Below the pieces are notes generated by a model that was not told where the DNA came from, did not search any database, and saw only the letters and a program-made list of their open reading frames with translations. From positions 186,001 through 250,000 of the IMG/VR virus record IMGVR_UViG_3300036770_004143: a stretch of 64,000 nucleotides of DNA; one strand, written 5' to 3'. The number at the start of each line of letters is the position of its first letter. Positions within the stretch are counted from its first letter, which is position 1. Position numbers and translations under genes: made by a program. Positions 45,941 through 54,951 of this stretch are shown piece by piece.

Positions 45941-46195
45941 ATGGATCAGTATATTAAAATCATTGGCTTTATTGCCACAATCATCACAATCACATCTTTC
46001 ACATTTAAGGACATTCTAACCATTAGACTAGTTAATGTTTTAGGGTCATTTGTTTGGCTTGTGTATGGCTTTTATACAAAAGACCACCCAATAATCATTG
46101 TGAATTTAAGTGTTGTTATAATCCAAGTATGGGGCATATTTTTCTTGTTAAAAGATAGAATGTTTCCACCTCCAAACAAAAATCAAATTCTTTAG
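45941..46195 (+). CDS. Small inner-membrane protein (YgjV/PQ-loop-like)
   Basis: Three TM segments; IRLVN..GS..WLVYG..PII.VN. Confidence 0.65.
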   Translation: MDQYIKIIGFIATIITITSFTFKDILTIRLVNVLGSFVWLVYGFYTKDHPIIIVNLSVVIIQVWGIFFLLKDRMFPPPNKNQIL

Positions 46196-46269
46196 ATGGG
46201 TTTTTCACAGAGGGAAATTGATTTCCCTCTGTGAGCATAAAATGTTGATTATTAGTATAGTTAGGAGTC

Positions 46270-46683
46270 TTAAAAGTAATGAATCCTCTTTAAATACCCA
46301 TCATCTCCAACCATATTTCTCAATTCACTATTACTATATTCACCTAATGGTGATGTATCAATGTATAAAGTGCCACCAACTTTCAATCCTTCAGGTAATG
46401 AGTGTAAGTTGTAACAATTTTGTAAAATCAAATTACCTCTAACTATTAACCCTTCTGGTAATGAACTTATATTATCACAAAAACTTAAAATCAAATCACC
46501 ACTAACTTCCAATCCTTCTGGTAGTGATTCTATATTTGAATATGTCAAATCCAAATCACCTTCAATATCTAAATCTTTTTCTGTTAATGGTATTTCATTT
46601 TTCCATTTCCATAAGAATGGTGGATTGTGTTCTTCCTTTTCTTCAAGGAATTCAAATATTCTTTTTAATGCTTCTTTTTTCAT
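46270..46683 (-). CDS. LRR-like repeat protein
   Basis: Same family as the 36.4-42.2 kb array. Confidence 0.85.
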   Translation of the reverse strand: MKKEALKRIFEFLEEKEEHNPPFLWKWKNEIPLTEKDLDIEGDLDLTYSNIESLPEGLEVSGDLILSFCDNISSLPEGLIVRGNLILQNCYNLHSLPEGLKVGGTLYIDTSPLGEYSNSELRNMVGDDGYLKRIHYF

Positions 46684-47330
46684 TATCTAAATATTCCTCC
46701 TTTTATAAATCCAGGTTTAACCATTTCTCTTAATTGATTATCTGAATATTCTTCTAATGCCGTACCTAATATAAATAGGTGTTCACCAATTTCTAATCCT
46801 TTTGGTAATGAGGTTATTTTTGTGCCTGATAAATCCAAATGCTCACTAACTGTAAGTCCTTGGGGTAATGATTTTAATGTTGTACAACTATTTAAAGCAA
46901 GATAACCATCAACCTTTAAACCTTTTGGTAAAGATTGTATTTTTGAAAAAGCCAAATCAATACTCCCATTAACCTCCAAATCTTTTGGCAGTATCTCAAT
47001 GGATGTGTATGATAAAATTAAATCTTCTTCAACTACCAATCCTTTTGGTAAATATTTTATGCTTGAATATGATAAATTGAAATGTTCTCCAACTTCCAAT
47101 CCTTCTGGTAATGATTCTATTTTTGAAGCATATAAACTTAAATTACCCCCAACCTTCAACCCTTTTGGTAATGAGGTAATTTCTGATCCTTCAAAAATTA
47201 AATCCCCTTTAACATTTAACTCTTCTTTTGTTAATGGTATATTATTAATCAATTTCCATTTAACTGGTAGATTATACCCTTCCTTCTCTTTTAGGAATTC
47301 AAATATTCTTTTTAAGGTTTCTTTTTTCAT
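46683..47330 (-). CDS. LRR-like repeat protein
   Basis: Same family. Confidence 0.85.
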   Translation of the reverse strand: MKKETLKRIFEFLKEKEGYNLPVKWKLINNIPLTKEELNVKGDLIFEGSEITSLPKGLKVGGNLSLYASKIESLPEGLEVGEHFNLSYSSIKYLPKGLVVEEDLILSYTSIEILPKDLEVNGSIDLAFSKIQSLPKGLKVDGYLALNSCTTLKSLPQGLTVSEHLDLSGTKITSLPKGLEIGEHLFILGTALEEYSDNQLREMVKPGFIKGGIFR

Positions 47331-47338
47331 ATCATATA

Positions 47339-47809
47339 TTAATTATCATCATCTTCTTCATAATCATCTTCATCTTCATAATCATAATCAATGTAATATT
47401 CAGAAATTATATCACCTTTTATAAAACCAGGTTCAATTGATTTTCTTAAATGATCATCATTTTTATAGTAATAAGGTAGTTCAGATTCAGTTACATCTAA
47501 ATGCCCCCCAACTTTCAATCCTTTTGGTAATGAAGTTATGCTTGTTCTTACTAAAAATAAACTATCACCAATTTCCAATCCTTCTGGTAGTGATTTTATT
47601 TTTGAACGAGATAAATCTAACCAACCACTAATTTTCAAGCCTTTTGGTAATGAGGTAATTTTTCTATCCTGTAAATCCAAATCACCTTTAATATTTAATT
47701 CTTCTTCTGTTAATGGCTCACCATTTTCCCATTTCCACAAGAATGGAGTATTATGTTCTCCCTTCTTTTCAAGGAACTCAAATATTCTTTTTAATGCTTC
47801 TTTTTCCAT
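47339..47809 (-). CDS. LRR-like repeat protein with acidic tail
   Basis: Same family; ends DYDYEDEDDYEEDDDN. Confidence 0.85.
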   Translation of the reverse strand: MEKEALKRIFEFLEKKGEHNTPFLWKWENGEPLTEEELNIKGDLDLQDRKITSLPKGLKISGWLDLSRSKIKSLPEGLEIGDSLFLVRTSITSLPKGLKVGGHLDVTESELPYYYKNDDHLRKSIEPGFIKGDIISEYYIDYDYEDEDDYEEDDDN

Positions 47810-48711
47810 TATTTTCTATTTGTTTTCTCACCCTCTATTCTTACAGATATTTTTGGTTTATACCCTTTTGGCAATCTATTATCTATTCCAACAAATTCCC
47901 CCATTTCATTATCCATTCTAATAGTAATTTCTCTCTTATCCAAATTCATCATTATCTGCCCCACAGTCTGCATATTATACATATTCTTCATTCTATAAGG
48001 ATTCAAGAACTTATTTTTCTTATATTGTTCTTTCATCTTATCAATAACATCTTGATCCTTTTGAGCATCTTGCAAATGCTTTTTGGCCAACTCCAATCTT
48101 GAATGGGATGACTTCTTCTTTATGCCATAAATATAACCTGTTTTTTTGTGTACTATGCCATGATTGGTTCTTACCTCAACCTTATCATCACCCATCTTTG
48201 TTATGACCGGAGTGTCCTTACTTGTGAGTTCAATAATATATATATTCTTTGGGCTTCCAACAATTGTCTGCCCCTTAATTCCAACATTCTTTGGATCATC
48301 TGCGTCATAAGATATGATTGATTTAATCACATCTTTTAAATTCCTAAAACTTAATGCTCTACGTATTTTCTTACCATCATTGGAGTTCTTAACTTTCTTG
48401 GACTTGAATACTTTATTACTTTCCTTCTCATCTTGCCTAACCAATAGACTTGAATTAACTATTCCAATACCGTATTCATTCATTCCCTCGGACCAGTCTG
48501 TTTCTGTATCTCTCCAATACATAACCTCAACATCATCCACAATCTCATGGACAATTTCCATCTTTGCCAAATAACCCCTATCCCTGTTTTTGGCTATAAC
48601 ATTCCCATCATCTAATCTAACAGCAGCAATTGTGCATTCTTGGATTAGCCTTTGTTCATCTAAAATATTTACTTGACTTTCAGTAAGCAAAATGAATTTA
48701 TTATCTTTCAT
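47809..48711 (-). CDS. Ntn-hydrolase-like protein with N-terminal leader
   Basis: CTIAAV...AKNRDR, EGMNEYG.GIVNSSL and RTNHG motifs. Confidence 0.6.
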   Translation of the reverse strand: MKDNKFILLTESQVNILDEQRLIQECTIAAVRLDDGNVIAKNRDRGYLAKMEIVHEIVDDVEVMYWRDTETDWSEGMNEYGIGIVNSSLLVRQDEKESNKVFKSKKVKNSNDGKKIRRALSFRNLKDVIKSIISYDADDPKNVGIKGQTIVGSPKNIYIIELTSKDTPVITKMGDDKVEVRTNHGIVHKKTGYIYGIKKKSSHSRLELAKKHLQDAQKDQDVIDKMKEQYKKNKFLNPYRMKNMYNMQTVGQIMMNLDKREITIRMDNEMGEFVGIDNRLPKGYKPKISVRIEGEKTNRK

Positions 48712-48730
48712 TTTTTTTACTATAAATATA

Positions 48731-49147
48731 TCAAGACAATGATTTAATCAAACTCATCATCTTATCATCTATATATAACCCACTTAATTCTTCATAGGTA
48801 AAATAGCCACATTCTGTATGCTCATCACCATCCATAGCATTCTCCAAATCTGGAACTAATTTCTTATCTGGGCTGTCTAATAAGAACACATTGAACCTAC
48901 CATTTATCTTGCTACCATCTCTTGAATATCTATCAATGGATGCAATAGGTGTTAGTTTCCTATTTGTTATATGAATATTAGTTTCCTCATAGAACTCCCT
49001 TTTAGCACCTTCATGTGTTGTTTCAAATGTTTCCAATTTCCCAGCAGGAACTGACCACATTCCAGGCAAACTATTGCTCTTTGGACTTCTCTTGCAAAGT
49101 AGAAACTCCTTATTGTGTCTTACTAATACACCAACATACTCTCTCAT
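48731..49147 (-). CDS. NUDIX hydrolase
   Basis: PAGKLETFETTHEGAKREFYEET Nudix box. Confidence 0.9.
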   Translation of the reverse strand: MREYVGVLVRHNKEFLLCKRSPKSNSLPGMWSVPAGKLETFETTHEGAKREFYEETNIHITNRKLTPIASIDRYSRDGSKINGRFNVFLLDSPDKKLVPDLENAMDGDEHTECGYFTYEELSGLYIDDKMMSLIKSLS

Positions 49148-49158
49148 ATTCTTTTTAT

Positions 49159-49860
49159 TTATTGTTTGATTAAATGATAAGCATTTTTATTTCCAGTGTC
49201 AATGAATACCAATTCAGCATCATCATATTTCTTAATTACTTTTTCATCCAAATGAGTATGACCAACCACTTGGTTAAATCCTGGAATATAATCATTTGTC
49301 AATTCCTTCATACCTGCCCAAAATACACCAGAGAAAGGATCAATACCACCCCTCTCATCACCAATGTAAAAAAGGGTCTTGCAACTAATTTCAAACAAGA
49401 AGTTTAACTTGTCTGCAATGTCATTATGCTCTTTTACATCACCCCAACCCAAATCCAATGCTGTTAAATAATCATTCTCTGTTGATTGAACCAACTTGTT
49501 TGTAATCCCAGCATGGGAAACAATGGTATTACCATATAGAAATGTTGCTTGGAACAAATCTTTGTGCTTCTTGAATAAGTTATTTACATCAAACATAATG
49601 CTATAATCAAATCCTGTTCCCCTATAATTACTATTCAAGTAATAATAATGAATATCATGATTACCCAAAAGCAACTTAACCTTATCTGGATAAGTTTGTT
49701 TAAGTTTGATGATTTTCCTAAAATTATCCAAAATCTTTTTTGACCCAATGGAATAAGAATCAAAGTAATCACCTACAAAGACAATATAGTCCTCATCCAT
49801 ATGCTCATTAACAATGGATTTCCAGAAGTCTTGACCATGAATATCACCAATTACTAACAT
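49159..49860 (-). CDS. Calcineurin-like metallophosphoesterase
   Basis: GDIHG, VGDYFD, GNHD, SHAG and VGHT motifs. Confidence 0.9.
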   Translation of the reverse strand: MLVIGDIHGQDFWKSIVNEHMDEDYIVFVGDYFDSYSIGSKKILDNFRKIIKLKQTYPDKVKLLLGNHDIHYYYLNSNYRGTGFDYSIMFDVNNLFKKHKDLFQATFLYGNTIVSHAGITNKLVQSTENDYLTALDLGWGDVKEHNDIADKLNFLFEISCKTLFYIGDERGGIDPFSGVFWAGMKELTNDYIPGFNQVVGHTHLDEKVIKKYDDAELVFIDTGNKNAYHLIKQ

Positions 49861-49931
49861 TTTTTTGTGTTTTGTTTTGCAAAAATAGAATTAAATTTGA
49901 TTAAAACCTATTTATTATATAAATAATTATC

Positions 49932-50279
49932 ATGAAATTGAAAATAAATGATTTAACCTTTGAAGCAAAATTGGCAATATCTCGTGAAGAGAAAGAAAAA
50001 GGAATGATGAATAAGGAATTTGATGAAACCTTTAATTCTATGTTATTCCTTATGGATGAACCCAGATCCTGTTTCTGGATGAAGAATTGTATCATACCAT
50101 TGGATATAATAATGATTGATGATAATGTAATCACAAAGATACATCACAATTGCCCCCCATGTACAACTGAAAGATGTAAAAGATATTGTGGTGATGGGAA
50201 TATGGTGTTAGAGGTGATAGGGGGAACGTGTAAAAAAAATAACATCAAGGAGGGTGATGTCCTTGATGTTAATAGTTAA
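49932..50279 (+). CDS. DUF192-family protein
   Basis: GMM..MLF..FWMKN..IPLDII..VLEV.GG. Confidence 0.8.
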   Translation: MKLKINDLTFEAKLAISREEKEKGMMNKEFDETFNSMLFLMDEPRSCFWMKNCIIPLDIIMIDDNVITKIHHNCPPCTTERCKRYCGDGNMVLEVIGGTCKKNNIKEGDVLDVNS

Positions 50280-51757
50280 TATTTGCTAACTTCTGTTTCT
50301 AACTTATCTTTAATTTTACTTGCAATAGTTTTCATTAAACTCAAGTATTCTGTCTCTCCGCCCTCTTTTTTAGAATCAGATTTGACATATTTTGGTTCTG
50401 ATGATGCTGTTCTTGGTTCTGTTGATTTTGGTTTTGGTGTTCTTGGACCAGGAGGCCTTTTACCCCTACCTATGAAGTTCAATCCTGAAATGTTTGTAAT
50501 ACTTGGATGACCACCACTATTTGCTTGGATTATATCCCAAGCATTTAATGCAACACAATCTAATTTTTGTTTCTCATCTTCTGTTAATTCACTAAATAAC
50601 TTATCCATAATTGATTTCAATTCAGCATTTGTTTTTGGCGCACCAGGTTTTGTATAATACTTATCCCCATATGTTGCATGAAAATCATTGTATGTAAATC
50701 CAACACTATCTTCCTTTGCTTTTGATTCATTAACCCACTTCATTGTTGATAATAAGATTAACTTATCTTCCAACATTGGTTTGAATTGTGCCATAACCTT
50801 TTGTGCTAATTCCCCTAAATGAAGTGCCTTGTATTTTGGATTTTCTTTAAATGGATTTTTTGAAACCTGGATTAAACCCAATGGCCAATAAATAATCAAA
50901 AAGTTTGCATCTGGTTGATTCTTAAATGCAACATATCTATCATATGATCCTGTACCCTTTAAAGTACCCATACCATATTGATATATAATACCATCCTCAT
51001 ATTTAACACTTGGACTGTCTTTCATTGATTCAATATATTTCTCTGCATTCATCTGCAAATCCTCTGGTAATTCATCTGTATTCTCTTTCATCCATTTCTT
51101 AATATTATTCAATATAGATAATATAGATGGTGTTGAATTCATTACAAGATATTCAAGAAATCCTTTCTTATTCTTAAATGCCAATAATAATTTATTTGCA
51201 ACAAGACCAAGTAATAATTTATTCTCCCTCATTGATTTTGACTTATCATACTTATATAAGTAATTGATAACATTGTCTGGGGTTAAACCTTGTCTAACAA
51301 AATCAGCCGAATCCACTGTATTGATTATCAAAATATCTGTATCACTAAACAAATCACTTTTTGAAATAACTTGTGAAATGGTTTCAGCATTTGACCTTGC
51401 TTTCTTAAATTGTCCTGATGTTTTTTTGGTATCAACACCAATCTGGCTATCATGGTGATCTGTATGTATTTTGAACATAGGTTTTCCATGTGCAAAATCC
51501 ACTAGAACAGGCATAGTATCCCCTAGGGCATCATTCTTCTTTACAGCAAACTCCATATCCCCGTATTGGATAACATGTGCATCAATAACTTCAATGCCAT
51601 TATCTTCCAAGTATTTTTTCATAGCTAAAGCCGATGTAACACCATCAAGCCCTCAGAGGTCCTGGTGAAAGTAGATCTCCGCTTTATTATAACGGTTTGC
51701 AAGAGCATCAATATCTCTAATTCCACTTTCTACCAGGACCTGATTGTTTTTTTTCAT
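50276..51757 (-). CDS. DHH-family phosphoesterase-like protein interrupted by an in-frame TGA (51653-51655) in a 9-nt insert; candidate recoded gene
   Basis: ATG 51757 is in frame with the track ORF: MKKNNQVLVESGIRDIDALANRYNKAEIYFHQD-L*G-LDGVTSALAMKKYLE; LVDF and DHH motifs follow. Confidence 0.75.
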
Positions 51758-51792
51758 AGTCGTTTATTTTTTTTATTACAATAAATATATAA

Positions 51793-52689
51793 CTACTTTA
51801 AATAAGTAGTTAAGTTATATAACTCATTTTTAGTTATCGAACATTTACTTTGTTTTGAACAATTTTCACTTCCCAAAATTGGTTCTAAATTCTCTTTTGC
51901 TGACAAAATTTCAGGAGGAATATTATTTTTAAAACCTTCAAATATGCTATACTTATGATCAATATGATATAAGTATTTACCAATTTTATAATTGTTAGGG
52001 TTAATTATGTCTTTATATCTTCTATATGTGATTTTTGTTAATGAACGCACTTTTTTAGCATAATTCATATATTCTAATAAATCCTCATTTTTAAAACCAC
52101 ATTTTATTGAATCATAATAACAATAACTACAAATAAATTTTTTATGTTTAGCAGCAAAATTAACATATCTTTTATCAGAAATATGTCCATTTTTACACTC
52201 AACAACTAATTTACTATTTTTACCATCTAAATCTAATAATGATAGCAATTTAAAACCATTTTTATTTACTATTTTTTTTAAAAAAACTTCATTTATTATA
52301 CTTTGATTCTTTTTTATTTTAACATCATCAATTAAAGAGGGATTTTTAGCACCTTTCCATTTTTCAGAATAGATTAATTTTAATTCTTTAACTCTTTCTT
52401 CACTATGAAAATCACTCCATTTTCTATTATCACCAAATCTACCATTACCATCACCACTACATTGACAAGGTCTGCATATTTGAATATCAAAATTCAATTT
52501 ATCCTTAATTAAATGACACGCATTTATTGAGTGCAATTTATTAGGTGTTTTACATGTTAAAGAATCACAAGCCCAAATAACTTTATAACCAGTAGTTCCT
52601 TTTTTATTATCCAAATATTTCCCATCAATTTTGGTATAATAATTAGGTTTAGATTTATAATAAAATGGCTTCCAAATTGATTTAATCAA
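51793..52689 (-). CDS. Putative homing endonuclease (Cys-rich, C-terminal HNH-like)
   Basis: CxxC pairs; HIDHKYS...NLEPI..ENCSK. Confidence 0.6.
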   Translation of the reverse strand: MIKSIWKPFYYKSKPNYYTKIDGKYLDNKKGTTGYKVIWACDSLTCKTPNKLHSINACHLIKDKLNFDIQICRPCQCSGDGNGRFGDNRKWSDFHSEERVKELKLIYSEKWKGAKNPSLIDDVKIKKNQSIINEVFLKKIVNKNGFKLLSLLDLDGKNSKLVVECKNGHISDKRYVNFAAKHKKFICSYCYYDSIKCGFKNEDLLEYMNYAKKVRSLTKITYRRYKDIINPNNYKIGKYLYHIDHKYSIFEGFKNNIPPEILSAKENLEPILGSENCSKQSKCSITKNELYNLTTYLK

Positions 52690-52690
52690 C

Positions 52691-53059
52691 TTAATTAAGT
52701 GTTAATAAATATTTCATTTTATTCACTTCTGCCAAAATTTCATCTCTGATATTTAGCAAATCAGTGTCTTCTCCTTCTGTTAATTTTTCTGATAAACTCA
52801 TCAAAAACTCTGTAAAATCATCCAGATACTCCTGCATTGAAAATCCCTCAATATCTTTAAACTCCATTGAGAAATCACCCCCAAACTCAGGACGACCATG
52901 CTTACCCATACAAACTTCAACATACTTATCAATCAAATCATCCAGATTTTCATAAAAAGCACCATAAGCCTGGTGCTTTGCATATGATTTTGTTTGCCAA
53001 TGCAAGAACCTAAACTGAATTTGAGTGCTAACTAGTTCTAATATAATCTCTTCATTCAT
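52691..53059 (-). CDS. Ferritin/Dps-like protein (DUF5856 type)
   Basis: HWQT.SYAKH.A..FYE.L..LID..VE; LLNIRDEI..KY.LTL. Confidence 0.75.
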   Translation of the reverse strand: MNEEIILELVSTQIQFRFLHWQTKSYAKHQAYGAFYENLDDLIDKYVEVCMGKHGRPEFGGDFSMEFKDIEGFSMQEYLDDFTEFLMSLSEKLTEGEDTDLLNIRDEILAEVNKMKYLLTLN

Positions 53060-53060
53060 A

Positions 53061-53663
53061 TTATAATAATTTTATTAATCTTCTTTCTCCACCTCCACGG
53101 GCTTCTCTATACATATCATTAAATGTTTTTTCATCTATTTCATATAAAAAACTTTCATCCATACTATATAGAAACTTTTTATCTCTATGACTACCCTTTG
53201 CTAATTTAGAGAAAAACTCTTTTGTTAAATCAGTATCTATTTCCATATTTTTATCCCAGCCTTTTTTTGTGAAACTATTTATAACCTTACCCATACCTGA
53301 TGCATCATTAGTTCCAATTTCAACAAACTCATTACTATCTTTATATATAACTGAATACTGATCATAATACTCCCCCAAGAAAAGTAAGCGTTCTTTACTT
53401 ATGTTTGGTATAAAAAGTGTTTTTTCATTTATCCAATCACCTTCTTCTTTAAAACCACCTTCTAATTCAATATAACCTAATTTAAGATTATTTCTAACAA
53501 AAGATTTTAATTCTTTATACCTTTCTAAATTTTCAACCCTAGATAAGTATTTTCTAAATGGAGAAATCACGCCAAAAGATGCTGAATCATCCTGAACATA
53601 TTTCCAAACTCTTGATAAACTACTTTCTTGTAGTATAACATTTTTTACTTTCCTTTTTTCCAT
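53061..53663 (-). CDS. Conserved phage protein (ESSLSR family)
   Basis: ESSLSRVW, ISPFR, N..R..LK and Y.Q.SVI motifs. Confidence 0.6.
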   Translation of the reverse strand: MEKRKVKNVILQESSLSRVWKYVQDDSASFGVISPFRKYLSRVENLERYKELKSFVRNNLKLGYIELEGGFKEEGDWINEKTLFIPNISKERLLFLGEYYDQYSVIYKDSNEFVEIGTNDASGMGKVINSFTKKGWDKNMEIDTDLTKEFFSKLAKGSHRDKKFLYSMDESFLYEIDEKTFNDMYREARGGGERRLIKLL

Positions 53664-53680
53664 ATAACTATGTTTTAATA

Positions 53681-53923
53681 TTAAATACTTGTTCCTGACA
53701 ATTTATTTATCTTAAACTCAAGATATTCTATTGCTTTTTTTAAATCTTCAATTTCCTTGTCTGGATTTTTCCTGCCGGATCTTGCAACATATTTAACAAC
53801 ATTGAATAAATAGGCATCTTTATCCAAACCCCAAGCCTCACATACTTTATAAACCTCATATGTGTTATCTTCCCCAAATTTATAATGGTCTGGGTGTGAA
53901 ACCATTTCTTTGTTTGTTATCAT
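53681..53923 (-). CDS. DUF3310 / T7 gp1.7-like nucleotide kinase domain protein
   Basis: VSHPDHY..KYVAR.GRK..EDLKKA.EYL. Confidence 0.8.
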   Translation of the reverse strand: MITNKEMVSHPDHYKFGEDNTYEVYKVCEAWGLDKDAYLFNVVKYVARSGRKNPDKEIEDLKKAIEYLEFKINKLSGTSI

Positions 53924-54639
53924 AATTTATCAATATTTTTAAAGATTATTTTACGTTTTGCAATTGGTAATATGGTTTCTCTTACTGGAAAGTCTTGTGT
54001 AGATGTAATTTCATAAACCTGTTTATTTGTATCATATCCTTTTTCTTTAAGTTTATCAAAAACCTTAATCATAGATATCTTATCATAATCACCACAATAA
54101 ATTTCATTGAATGAACTGCTTGTGCTATACTTTCCATCATTGAGAAGAACTTCAAACGAATAAATATATAATAATTTTTTTGTTTTGTCAAAATAATAGA
54201 AATAACCTGTTGAACTTATTGCTGATTTATTTTTTTTTAATTTAACATCAATATTCTCAAAAGCTAAAGTCCAAATTGATTTGGCAAAATTAAATAAATC
54301 AAGAAATTTTGGGTATGTAAAATTAATTGTTCTACTAACTTCACTCTTATCCTTAACCATTAGTTTAGGAACTTCATCATATCTAAAATCCCCAAGTTCA
54401 ATCTCATCATCATATTCATTTAACTGCCTGGTTAATGAAACAATTTTATTATCCTTACCTATGGAAGCAATATTGATTAAGTTTAATGTTATGTCATGTA
54501 AATCAGGATATATCTTTAATTCATTTAATCTACCCTCTGAACTCTTTATATAGTTTAGAGCAATGTATTTATTGTATTCAAAATCAATAGGACGTCTAAA
54601 CACCCACTCAGAATTAAGTTTTTCATTCATCATCATCAT
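53920..54639 (-). CDS. Hypothetical protein
   Basis: W....IDFEYNKY..L.Y motif. Confidence 0.6.
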   Translation of the reverse strand: MMMMNEKLNSEWVFRRPIDFEYNKYIALNYIKSSEGRLNELKIYPDLHDITLNLINIASIGKDNKIVSLTRQLNEYDDEIELGDFRYDEVPKLMVKDKSEVSRTINFTYPKFLDLFNFAKSIWTLAFENIDVKLKKNKSAISSTGYFYYFDKTKKLLYIYSFEVLLNDGKYSTSSSFNEIYCGDYDKISMIKVFDKLKEKGYDTNKQVYEITSTQDFPVRETILPIAKRKIIFKNIDKL

Positions 54640-54734
54640 CTTCTTTTTTTTAATATAATTTCTAAAATGTAGAAATCAAAATATCCTTTATTATTTTTAT
54701 AAATATCTATATATTTATATATAAATATAAAATT

Positions 54735-54872
54735 ATGGGATGTGGTTGTAAATCTAAAACAAATGAAAGTGTGCAATCTTCTGCATCTTCCTCTCAAGAG
54801 CAAGAAAACTTGAAAGATAAGATAAAGAAAACAGTTGAAAAATACTACACAGCACAGAAAACAAAAGGCTAA
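54735..54872 (+). CDS. Small MGCGCK protein (45 aa, not in track)
   Basis: MGCGCKSKTNESVQ...QKTKG; TATTTATA upstream and terminator downstream. Confidence 0.65.
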   Translation: MGCGCKSKTNESVQSSASSSQEQENLKDKIKKTVEKYYTAQKTKG

Positions 54873-54879
54873 ATTGCAG

Positions 54880-54907
54880 AAAAAGGGGTTTATTGCCCCT
54901 TTTTTTA
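54880..54907 (+). terminator. Intrinsic terminator
   Basis: aaaagggg-tttattg-ccccttttttt. Confidence 0.6.
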
Positions 54908-54951
54908 TTTATATTGTAAAATATTATTTATATGTTTATCAAAAAAATAAT

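Noticed and set aside
36371-47809. DGR or CRISPR explanation for the ~60-nt periodic repeats
   Set aside because: The repeats are in-frame coding units with third-position variation. There are no unique spacers, no cas genes and no reverse transcriptase in the window.
36612-47921. Many plus-strand ORFs over the LRR genes
   Set aside because: Antisense shadows of the repetitive minus-strand genes, with no starts or promoters of their own
51653-51655. Selenocysteine at the in-frame TGA
   Set aside because: A downstream hairpin exists, but Sec insertion would leave three extra residues splitting the DxD motif, and no Sec machinery is seen. Kept only as a minor alternative.
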